Origin: Takakia lepidozioides
Taxonomy: Eukaryota; Plantae; Bryophyta
Reading direction: 5' to 3'
Length of the DNA stretch: 64,000 bases
NCBI GenBank assembly: GCA_030704615.1
Contig: CM060731.1
Location: 91,202,001 to 91,266,000 of the forward strand
Positions within the stretch are counted from its first letter, which is position 1. Every line of letters starts with the position of its first letter. Both the position numbers and the translations under genes were made by a program. Of the stretch, positions 52,631 to 64,000 are shown piece after piece. The notes beneath the pieces were generated by a model, which made no database searches, was not told where the DNA came from, and was given only the letters and a program-made list of their open reading frames with translations.

Positions 52631-55600
52631 GGGGGGTTGCTATTCCATGAGCTCATGAGCGGTGAGCTCATGAGCTCATGAGCGGGCATGGCTAACCCAT
52701 GAGCCGCAAAGTAACACACTTCGAATTTCGGCAGATTTTTTTCGGGCCAAAAACTATAAAATAATCAAAAATCGAAGATTTCCGCGCTCATGCTGGAAGT
52801 ACTCCGCTCATGAGTACCAGTGTACGCTCATGACTTGGAGCCCAGGCTCATGGACCGCCAGGCCAGGTCATAGAATAACATAATTCTGGGCAATAACGGC
52901 ACCGAAATTATCCCAGAGGCAGAGACGCAAGCGGAATTAGGATCCGGGTTTGCAGACTCCGAAAACGCAATGGCGACCTATAACCGTGGATAGCACTATT
53001 GCAGAAGTGCAGGATGGTTGGTTATAACGAGGCCGTCATTGGGCACAGGAAAAGAAAATAGCGCGCTGAAGGCTCGGGAGTGAAGCCAACAACGGTGAAA
53101 GTAATTGGGCTCTGCCAACCAAATACCCGGCTGCATCCTCCGGAGTGCAGGCGATAACGGCGCCGAAATGGGCCCCGGAAACCAAATACTCGGCTGAAGC
53201 CCACCGGACGTGCAGCTGATAACGGCGCCGAAATTGGGTCCGGAAACCAAATACCCGGCTGAAGGCTGGGGATTGCAACCAATAACGGCGCCGAAATTGA
53301 CCTGCGGAAACAAAATTCTCGGCTGAAGCTTCCGCACTCCATGTAATAACGGCGCCGAAATTGGGCGTCGGAGAGCAAATACCCGCCTTACGGTGAGGGG
53401 CCTTGCTCTCATTTTGCTCTTCACTCTTCTCTGTTGTGCCCATCTCCTCCCTGCTTTGAGTTCGTGTTGTGTCGTGAGGCCATGTCGTGCCCGAATCACA
53501 TCTATCGACGCCAGACGGAGCAGTTCATTTTCCCGAAAGCAGACGAACATCATTGTCTTCCTGGATGTTTACAGGGACGATCCTCGACTTGTCCAGCTGA
53601 GAGCAATGGAGTTTCTTCCAGGATTGCATGACTCTCCTGGACCCCGGGCTGGGGAGCAGGTGGTTCCTACGCATCATGGACCTGGACTTTCCCGCATGTG
53701 TGGGGAGCCGAACAGATCACGCACAGCGTTGCGGTATCGCTGGAATTGTTGCGAGTGGACGTATGATGAGTGCATAGGTGAAAACTTTACGCGTGGACGG
53801 ACTGGCTCGGAAAGTGGGACATTCTCTTCAGTTATGAGGATGAGGAGGAGGGGAACACGGGCCCACTGTGAAAATGTCCTTCTACCAAGGGGCCGCTATC
53901 GATAAACACGACATCCTCGTTAGTTTCAACCGGGCGACAGAAACCACTGACATTTTGTTCAAATATAGGCACCCGGTCACTCAGGAGGTCCTTGAGAGCC
54001 AGTTCTAGTTCCTTCTTCTTGGGCGAGGGGACCATAGGTCTTGCCATGCTAGAGTAGACATGTTTCAACTTGCTGACACTCATGGCACTACATTTTCATT
54101 CAGAAATCAAGCAGCTTCCCTGTGCCATATGGGGAATATACAGGCTTCGATAATCTTCTGTTAATGTTATTTGCAATTCACTGCCAGTATGCTGGGACGT
54201 GTCCTTTGTCGTATGGATTGCTGTTTGCACAAGGTGCAGTATGCAAATGCTGGAATGTGCAGTAGGACCCTCCCACTGGGACACAGAACTAGCACTCTTG
54301 TAAAGGCATCACATTGCAGAACAGTAACATGTATTTGTAGCAAATTGGAGTCTTCTCATAAAGGTGGACGAAATTGCACATGTAGCCATGGCGATGCGGC
54401 ACCACCAGTGTATAATTCCTCACAAAAAAATAGGGGCAAGAAGATGAATGTATATAATTGCCACTAACTCCTTCCCGAATGTGGAATGTCCAGCAGTCCG
54501 ACCAGTATCCTGCCATAGGGCCTGTGCAGCTCGTTGAAACTCAGTGTGGAGCATGGATGAAGACGTCCACTGCGGATATGCAACTCATGCGCGCTCATAA
54601 AATGTAATAAAGGTGTTTGCAGGGACGTATGCTGCATTCCTCGATTCCATAACAAGGAAGTCCTCACAGTTGCAAGCTGGGTACTGTGAAACCGTGATTG
54701 CATACACGACACTGCGCGCAGCAGACCCGGCTGTTGACAACTGAAATATGCGCCCCATCCCGGGGTGAGGAACATCCCTGCAACCTTGCACTATGCAGGG
54801 CATTGCAAGAGCGTTGGCCCATCCTGGTGTCGTTCGCCTTGTGGTGGCCGCCGTCTTTTCAGTTACCACCCCACCGATGGGTGGGCCAAGCTGCGGGGTC
54901 ACCCACGTATGCGGGGCGAAGAGCTTCTCGTGGGAGGAGGTGACGATTGGGAATTGGATTTCGTGGAACGTCTGTCTCTCCACCAGTCGAAACCCTGCAC
55001 TTCCTAAGGCGTCTGCCTCCTCCAGGGTAAGATCTGTACCACTTGCCACAGGCCAGACTGCCGGTGGTTCAGGCATGCCTTGTACACCATACTTGGGCTT
55101 GCCGAACACACACGACATGATGTCGTGCCTGCAGAACCAAAACTCCTTCAGTGTGCCCTCCACAAACTTTGCGCACACAAATCTCCCTGTGAAGCAAGGG
55201 GCAGGCACACACCGCCCTGCGGGCTCCTCCGATCATCTCACAATGCAGCAGTCCATTTTTTGGGATCGGTCGAACGATGCGCCGCCCTCATCAGCATCTC
55301 CCTGCCTGTCTGGTCCGATACCCCATTGCTTTCCTCCAGAAACTGGTAGTAAATGAGATTGTTGCATGATGCCCTCACATATCTTCTGTTGTTGCTGTCA
55401 ACATGTCAACGAGATGGCTGCAGAGGAAGCACGCACCAGGAAGAGTGCACCGATTCGGCCATGTTCGTCGTCGGCATATCCGTGTCATCCTCCAAGCTCA
55501 TGTCCTGTTGAAGGAAATTAGATATGTCACTGATTGTGGAGAATGTCCAAGCACAAAACAGAACAATTGTCAAGTACAGAAATGTGTTACCCTGTCTCAT

Positions 55601-58600
55601 GTAGTCTCCAAACTGGCGGAATCTAATAGCCCCACGCAAGCCACGTTGCAGTTCTGGCTGATCTTTCACATCCACTGCCCCTGAAGACACCCACCAGGCG
55701 CGTATGGTTGCAAACTCGGTCTCCGCCTCGTCGATGGAATTCGCATTTTTCCACGCTAGGCACATACTGATATGATCCTGCCGGTGGCGTGACGCCACGA
55801 ACCTTTTCGTGTTTTGCGTCAAACTCTGCATGAAGTGGAACCCGCAAGATCTCTCCTTCCTTCCATTGGAGTCTTTGGGTCGTCCCCATATACCCTCCTA
55901 ACTGCAAGCCCAGTTGCCTGGGCATTGTCAGCCATGAAGCCCCTAAAATCGGGAGGGGGCAACTTGGCTCTCGCCATTTGCTCATTAATGCCGCGCCACA
56001 TATGCAACTCCGAATCTAATGTCTTCTCCCTTCATTTCGCAGATAGCAATGGTCATCAACTTTCTGCAATGTGGGTCGTATACATGTGCCCCCATTGTCA
56101 CCCAATCGTGTTGGTAATCGCCGGATGTGGTCAAACATGACCCAACAATTTGAGAGGTCTCCACTGGTCATCCATCCCGCTTCACCAAATCGACGCCGCT
56201 CCCCGGTCCGCACGTTGACATCTTAAATATGAAGCACCTGTCCATCCCGAGCCTTGACCAGGAAAGAAGCTGCTTGGATGAAGTCGTAGCCGCATGTGCG
56301 TTTCACTTCCAAGATGGAGTGCATGTCTGATCCTCTTCGATTCGTTTCTTGCAGCTGACAATGTGGTTCCTGACATTGGGGCTGCCACAGGGAGAACAGC
56401 TTCCAGCAGGTCCTTCATGTCCCCCTCGCCCAGCTTCTCTCTTGTGCTTCGTCCTCCCGACATTATTCTGCCAATTGCAATCCTATGTGCCGACGAGCTG
56501 TATCTGCTTTGGTTTTGCACCCGCCTCACCGCACCACCTCACCTCCTCCTTGATAATATCCTGGGCTTGTTGAAAAGCGACTCTGCAATTGCTCTGGCGA
56601 GGGGGTGCTCATGCTTTCCGATGTGAATGCATGCTCTGGTGCACGCTGGGCCGACGGTCCTCTGACGTAGTACTGCTTGGCGTTGCACACTGCCATGCAC
56701 GTAGGGGCTGCGTTGCAATGGGGCACACTTGAACGTCCTGAAGGAACTCTAACCTTGAGGCCAAAATGGGGTCGACGAATTGCCAATCCAGTCATTCTCA
56801 TTCCTGGTGCCTTTGCTAGTGTAATGGTAACATGTGCTCGAGAAACATTTAAAGATGCCCAGCACACAATACATATCTCACTCGAACTCCATCACCCAGG
56901 TTGGACGATGAAGTTTTGGTGACACACCAAGGGTGCCGTCATGTTTCCTGTTCATTCCTGCGAGCATGCCGTCTGGGCCTGCGCCTGCCGGCACTGGAGG
57001 GAACTCATAGATAGCATTCCCATCCAAACATCAGGCAAAGTTTCCACAGAATGGATTGGAGTTTTGTCGTAATCAAGCCTAGAAGGTCACTGGAGCGGGA
57101 ACCCGTTGTCTTCATCCTCCGCAATATGTCGATTACTGAGCGGACGGAAGTTGAGTCGGACGGTGTAATGCTGAACACTCCTAGTGACGGACGACTTCGA
57201 ACATACGATGGAAGGACCATACAGTCTTCATCGTCACTGGATAAGTTGGACGACTGTTTCCCTGTTTTCCTGGATTTCCCTTTTCACATGTTTGGGCTTC
57301 TCTGCTTGTGAAGAGTGCCCACATCCTTCACATCTTGCACCCCAGACCCCCTCTTGTGGAAGAGGATCAAACCAAGTTCCCAGCGTGGGAACTCTTTAGG
57401 CACGATTTCACCAATGGCACTGTACCGGATGGATTCAGAAGCTGGGAGCCCGCCACTCTTTGCCTTTTCCGAAATCTGCATGCAGAATGACGGCACTTTC
57501 CAGAAAATTTCCATAAGCATCCTTCGTCTCCTCTTCCAAAAACACCGTTCCAAGGCGGAGCCCGAACCTTCACACACAAGTACTGCTCAGTGACAATCGC
57601 AAATCTTGGTCGCAGGGTATTTTAGCTTTCAGAGAATCAGGATGGAAGTACACGTTGACCCAAACACGGGAGTCCATTTTGAAGACGGGACCTCTCGGTA
57701 CGCTCCGCAGCGAAGTCCTGCAATGAGAAGAGTGTGTCCTACCTAATAACACAATGATTTTCTGGAGGATTCCGTATCCAACATGATGGGTGATCAGTGC
57801 ACGTAAAGATGAAGGTGTGTAACGTACGTTAAAAAACGGACGAAAACAGCAAGTTCACATCGGATATTTGGTGCCTGAATTGTAATGTACAACCACTTGG
57901 GGTACAATAAATCAGGCCTTCCATGAATTTCGGCACCGAAATCTGGATGAACATCTCTGTCATGTAACAGCTTTGGAAGCCAAGGGATGAATTCTGGCAC
58001 AGAAATCGCAATTTGTTTACCTCATAAACTGACCAAGCACCCAACGGATGGATTCGGTGCCGAAATTCGGATGAACTTCTTCTTCATTAAATTGTATCTG
58101 CACATATGGGTTGATTAGATGCCAAAATACGGATAAATGTGTTCCTGATTACAGTCGTGATTGACCACGTGTCCGGATATCGGCCGACTTCCGAATGACA
58201 GTAATCCTTATTCGGGCAGAATGGATGTTTTCGGCGCCGAAATCATTCTTCATCTCCTTTTCCGACCCTAATTCTGCTGCCCCTGCGTATGGATTTCGTG
58301 CCAGAATTCATCGGAAGTCCTTTCTGTTTTTATTTTTCTTTGCGACAGATGAACTTTGGCGCCGAATCTCATCCAAGTACTCCCTTTTAATTTTCCCTTT
58401 TTCTTCGAGAGCAATGAATTTCGGCGCCGAAATTCCACCAAAATCCTCCCGATTTTTTTTTTTTCCCTTCGCGAGCATTGAATTTCGGCGCCGCAATTCA
58501 TTCCAAGTCCAGGAGATATTTTTTATTTTTCCTTCGCGAGCAATGATTTCGGCGCCGAAATTCATCCGAAGTCCTCCAGAATTTTTTTTTCCCTTCGCGA

Positions 58601-59607
58601 GCAATGAATTTCGGCGCCAAATTCAGCCAACTTCATCCTCCAAATTCTTTTCAGGGTTTAGCGGCGGAGTTCGGCGCCGAATTCATCCAATGCCTTCCCT
58701 CCATATTTATTTTTCTTTGAAATGGATCAATTTCGTCAGCCGAAAATTCATCCTTACTGTCCGCAATGAGTAACTCTAATATTACATTTTCTATGCGACG
58801 GATGAATTTCGTGCGCGAACTCGTCCAAACCCGGCACTTACTTTTTGGTTTGGATGATAATTTTTCCGTAAATCGTTGGACATACCCCGTTCCGACGAAT
58901 ATAACAGAATATTCTGCATTTAATTAAGAAATCGGCATATTAAACCCCTTCTGTCAAAATTAATTTGCATTTTAGGCCGTTTTTTTTTTTTGAAACCGAC
59001 AGTATCCATGAAGTGGTCTTTTTCCGCACTGGGACCGTTGCCGCCGCACATAAAGTAAGAATTTCGGCGCCGAAATTATAGTTAAATGCCAGAAATGGCA
59101 AGTCCAACATCCTGGACAGCATAATCCTCAGGGGGCCCAATGATGGGCGTCAAGCATAGCATCGTGCCTGATTTAGTCCCTTTCGCTCTGGATGATTTTC
59201 GGCGCCGAATATGGATGACGTGCCGAAGTTGCAGCCGTTTCCGTTGTCCCGGAATTGATTCCGGCTCCGCTATCTCACCGACAGTTTTGCTCATGACGAA
59301 ATGAGGACTTGGGAAGCGATGACTTTCGGCGCCGAAATATGGATGATTTCACCTCGTCTACGCCGACGGAAATATGCGTAATGATTGCGGCGCCGAAATA
59401 TGGATGAAATGAATGTTGCCGAAGTGCACGCCCCGTTTCCGTTGTCCCGTAAATAATTCCGCTCGATATCCCAACCGACAGGTTTGCTCATGACGAATGA
59501 GGACTTGCGAAGCGATGAATTTCGGCGCCGAAATATGGATGATTTCATTCACCTCTTCTACGCGCGGACGGACAATTCGTAATGAAATTTTCGGCGCCGA
59601 AATATGG
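52631..59607 (-). mobile_element. Second related Mutator-like element (one TIR seen; runs into the gap)
   Basis: TIR GGGGGGTTGCTATTCCATGAGC at 52631. Frameshifted transposase ~53400-57720 with VMFDH, FRGFMADNAQA, TTNMAESVH and SWIM-like CNCEDF. TTCGGCGCCGAA palindromes at both ends. Confidence 0.8.
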
Positions 59608-60107
59608 NNNNNNNNNNNNNNNNNNNNNNNNNNNNNNNNNNNNNNNNNNNNNNNNNNNNNNNNNNNNNNNNNNNNNNNNNNNNNNNNNNNNNNNNNNNNN
59701 NNNNNNNNNNNNNNNNNNNNNNNNNNNNNNNNNNNNNNNNNNNNNNNNNNNNNNNNNNNNNNNNNNNNNNNNNNNNNNNNNNNNNNNNNNNNNNNNNNNN
59801 NNNNNNNNNNNNNNNNNNNNNNNNNNNNNNNNNNNNNNNNNNNNNNNNNNNNNNNNNNNNNNNNNNNNNNNNNNNNNNNNNNNNNNNNNNNNNNNNNNNN
59901 NNNNNNNNNNNNNNNNNNNNNNNNNNNNNNNNNNNNNNNNNNNNNNNNNNNNNNNNNNNNNNNNNNNNNNNNNNNNNNNNNNNNNNNNNNNNNNNNNNNN
60001 NNNNNNNNNNNNNNNNNNNNNNNNNNNNNNNNNNNNNNNNNNNNNNNNNNNNNNNNNNNNNNNNNNNNNNNNNNNNNNNNNNNNNNNNNNNNNNNNNNNN
60101 NNNNNNN
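59608..60107. other. Assembly gap (500 N)
   Basis: Run of N. Confidence 1.
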
Positions 60108-60668
60108 GAAGGGAACATGTTAGTTCACATACGACGGTTAGAGAGGGAAACGGTTAGAACCGCGGATAGGAGGATAAAGGGAGAAACGGGGAATAAAGAA
60201 GGGATCATTATTCGGGGAGGACTTCGGAGTCAGGCGGGAGCGGAGATCGGAGAGCACGATGAAGGAGAAAAGAGGATTAGTAGATGCTTGTTATATGCAA
60301 AGCTGTAGTGATATAGGAAAGAAGATTAGAGACATAATGGCTTCGGCCTGATACCTGATAAATCATAATCTGATACTTATACGATACAATCACACTGTGT
60401 AGAGAGATCTGAGTGAAGCTGTGGATTGAATGGATGAGTGAAGGAAACCGATAGATTGATGAAGCAAACTGATACTTAATTATCAATGGTAAGGTAGCTA
60501 AGATGAATGCGGAAAGGGAAACAAATAGGAAACACCCCCATGATACACTAGCTGTAGGTCATGACTGATTGTTCTGCGCGGGCTGAGTACTTAGAGATTT
60601 CCAACTCTTCTATCTTGGAGTTTCCGCCTCGGATAGCGAAGGGATGGGTGAGTAAAAGCCGCGCGACA
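60108..60668 (+). mobile_element. Partial 5' LTR of a Ty3/gypsy element
   Basis: Ends ...GCGCGACA immediately before a PBS. Confidence 0.75.
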
Positions 60669-60670
60669 TT

Positions 60671-60689
60671 TGGCGACCATACTGGGGAC
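60671..60689 (+). promoter_or_regulatory. Primer binding site (tRNA-Arg-like)
   Basis: TGGCGACCATACTGGGGAC 2 nt after the LTR end; resembles the Arg PBS of non-chromovirus gypsy lineages. Confidence 0.7.
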
Positions 60690-61278
60690 CTGGGACATGA
60701 ACAACCAGATGTGACAGGCATCTGGTGGGATCATGGTGGTTGGACCATTAAAGAGAATTTGAAGTGAATCAAATTCCCTGTGGAACGAAGGAAGAAAGAT
60801 TGTCCAAACAATTCTTTCAAAGGTTCTTGGAATTGCCAGACGGATGTAAAGAAAATATTCTTAAACGAGTGCATGATGCTGATCCAGAATGGGTCTGGAG
60901 AAAGGAGTGATAAAGATTTATCAGGTAGCCTGTAGAGGAAGAGCACGTTGGTTACCAACATTAGTTTATGTGATAGCATTGCTATCCATTAAACGAGTAG
61001 AGTTTGAAGGCTGGGAAGAAAGAAAGGTGAATGTTTATACTCATATGCATGAAGAGCTTGTACTGGTAAAGAATTGGATTCCAAAGGATATTTTGTGGAT
61101 CAAACTCACACCAAGAACAGCTTTTCAGACTTGTTTGCCATATGGTTATATGGTAACGGAGACTTCAAGTATAGCCAAGGGTGCATTGAAGCTTGAAAGA
61201 AATCCAGGCATATACGAGAGATATTACAGAAGAGAGTTTTGGTTATTGCCACATTAAAAGAAATGAAAGACATGGGAC

Positions 61279-64000
61279 ATGAGTGATGAAAGAGAAGCTA
61301 GACGACAAAGATATTCATCAAAAAGAGAAAGCTATCTGAAAGCTAATTATCCATATCTTTGGGAGAGAGGAATAGACATAGGGGAATCATCTGGACCTCT
61401 CACACCATCAAGATCAAAAAGTGCATCACCTATACCGGAAGAACTAGAGTTGGATGCCACTCCTTCTGTTTCTTTGCAAGAAAGATTAAGGGAATTGGTA
61501 CAGGAAGAAGATCAATCACGAGGTGAAAGATCTGAGGTACATCCTTGGATAAAAGACTTGACAGAAATCTTTGATAAGAGTTGGCATGGAACACCAAAAG
61601 CAGGAACTCCAGTTTCTGAAGCAGAAGATGAAGAAGGAGATGAGGATGTGGCAGAGCCAACGGAGAGTTCAGACTCTCCAACACCATTACAGTTGAGTTA
61701 CATGAGTGAAGAAGAAACCCAAGGGCAGAACTTGGAGGATGAAAACAGAGAGAAGAAATTGGAAGAGGAAGAATATGAAGAAGTAGACCCAACAGCTGAG
61801 GTTGAGACTACAACCAGGACATCCCAACCCGTTGGACCTGGATCAAGTGGAGCACTTGGATCACAGGCCAACGAAGGTGTCGGCTCAGGGGGATCAGGCG
61901 GGCTGCCTGGATCTGGCTCTGGGGGGACAGGGAGTGTGGGAAGTAGTGCAACTGAAGCTGGGAATACTGTGAATATCGTGGGGCCAGAAGCAGGGAGTGC
62001 TCAAGGGCCACCACTTGGTGGAAGATCCACCACAAAAACAACAGGTCCAGAAGGACCAGCACCAGCAAGGGTGCCAGCACCTGTCAGTGGGCAGAAGGTA
62101 GGGCCACAGATGGCGTTACAACCAACACGGGCAAAACCACCCTTTCCAATATATTCAGGAAAAGGGGATCCCGATGTACACATTAGCCAATTTGAGCACA
62201 TGTGTATAGTGAACAATGAGAATGGCGATGATGCCAAGATGAGACTGTTTCCTTGTTCACTTATCAAGAAAGCAAGTGAATGGTATGCAAGATTCCCTGA
62301 TAATCATTTCCTAACCTGGAATGGCTTGAATACAGCATTTCGAAATAGGTTCAGGACAAGTAAAACTGAGGATGAAGTGTATGGAAGTTTACAACAGCTG
62401 AAGCAGAAGAAGCATGAAACTGTTGAAGAGTATATGGAGAAGATGGAATTGATGATGAAAAAGCTGGCTGCAGTACCAGCACCCGGTTTACAGAAGACTT
62501 GGTTTGTGAGTGGACTAAGACCAGAGTTGCAGAAGAAAGTGGATATGTTACCCCATAATACAGTGGAGGAGGCATTTGAAACTGCAAACAGAATTGAGCA
62601 ATTGGGAATGCTCAGGAGAGAGAAAAAGGAAGATGAGGACTCTGAAGATGAGTCAGATGAAGAAGAAGAGCAAGAACTAAAAAGAAAGAGTAAGAGAAAG
62701 GAAAAGTTGAAGAGGGATAACTATGAGAAAAGATTGGAAGAAATCTTGAAGAAGTATGCCACAGAGGCTGCAACACATTGGAGGAAGGGTGTATGGTGTG
62801 CAAAGTGCCAGAATGAAGGCCATACCACTACAGAATGCCACATGAAGGAGAAACACTGTACTATCTGTAAAATGGATAACCATTCTACTGAGAATTGTTA
62901 CTACAACAGAAGGACAGCTGCAAGAGAACCTAGGCAAGTGAGGGTGCATCAGGTGCAGCCCCAGCCAAGAAGAAGCAATGATCAGGACCACTATGGTAGG
63001 TCTGGTGGTTATAACAATGGCATGGAAGGGAGAGGTAATTCAAGAGGGAATTACCAAGGAAATTCCAGAGGCAACTATCAGGGTAATCCAAGGGGGAATT
63101 ACCAGCCCGGGAATCAGGATTATAGAAATAATCCAAGACCAGACCAAGGGCGAGGACCCAATGGTGAAGAGCTATGTTACTATTGTAATCAGCCAGGACA
63201 TCGCAAGGCAGCCTGTTCATTCTGGATAAGACACCAGAATGAGATGAGAGCTCCTGTGAATGAGGGCCCAGTGGTGGCAGCTCACATGGTTAGGCCATGT
63301 GTTGTACCAGAAGTAAGTACAATGATAGTAACAAGAAGTAAAGCCAAACTAATACCTCCAGTAGAAGAGGAAGAAGATGAGACTGGAAGTGGCAATGATA
63401 TGCCTGAAGATGAAGAGACTTGGAAAGATGAGAAGGAACTGCACAAGGAAGTGGCAGATACTATAAGGGAAATGCAAAAGAGTACGATATTCCTGTGGCA
63501 GATTCCTCTGATTCGGATGGAGAAAAAGAGGGGAGTGAGGAAGAAAGGAAAAAAGAAGATGCAGACATGCAAAGTAATGAAGAGACTTTGGCTGAAGTAA
63601 TATGTCAGACCAAAGCAGAAATTACCATTGGACAGCTATTAGCTGTGGCACCTTATTGTAGGCACAGGCTGTATCAGGCAATCAATCGAATTGCCCAAGA
63701 GACAGGAAACACAGACCTGAACAGCAAGGTGACCAGTTATAATGTGAAGCCGGAAGGGCGAGAACCAGTCATGGACTTTGATGATTCTATGCCAGTAATC
63801 CAATTGAGAATTGGAAGCACAGAACTAACTGATGTACTGATAGATGGTGGTTCTGGAGTAAATATCATGACAGACCAATTAAGGAAGAAGCTTGGTCTAA
63901 GTAACATGAAACCAGCCCCATTTACAGTAACAATGGCAGATCAAAGAAGTGTACAGCCATTGGGATTAATAAGAGGAGTTAAGATACAGATACAGAAAAT
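61279..64000 (+). mobile_element. Ty3/gypsy gag-protease (continues past the window end)
   Basis: 773-aa ORF with acidic N-terminus, gag core, CCHC knuckles and RGNYQGN repeats. 1-bp deletion near 63485, then VLIDGGSGVNIM protease. Confidence 0.93.

Noticed and set aside
59497-60308. ORFs spanning X runs
   Set aside because: Produced by the N gap.

Overview
Repeat-rich nuclear DNA from a land plant. It is probably a non-seed plant, inferred from the moss/fern-style PLS-PPRs and a bryophyte-like mitochondrial rps7 scrap. The only near-complete host gene is a multi-exon synaptotagmin (SYT4/5-like, ~14.2-22.0 kb). The rest is mostly transposons: three Ty3/gypsy gag-protease copies of one family, a chromovirus integrase end with LTR, RTE-X and L1 LINE remnants, a tRNA-derived SINE, hAT and CACTA remnants, a Crypton-like tyrosine recombinase fragment, and two Mutator-like elements with GCM-type transposases and palindrome arrays. 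Captured gene fragments (GH5 mannanase, O-fucosyltransferase) are also present. The most notable signal is five decayed, shuffled copies of a gene in which OSB-type 'PDF' ssDNA-binding motifs (W..FF..PS.WWDNR.xK / intron / IHPRGPDFKHK.T.DSLW...KKPAWV..QL) are joined to PLS-class PPR repeats. E/DYW deaminase pieces lie nearby, suggesting a candidate PDF-PPR(-DYW) organellar protein family. All copies in this window look pseudogenic. All identifications come from manual reading and translation; no database searches were run.
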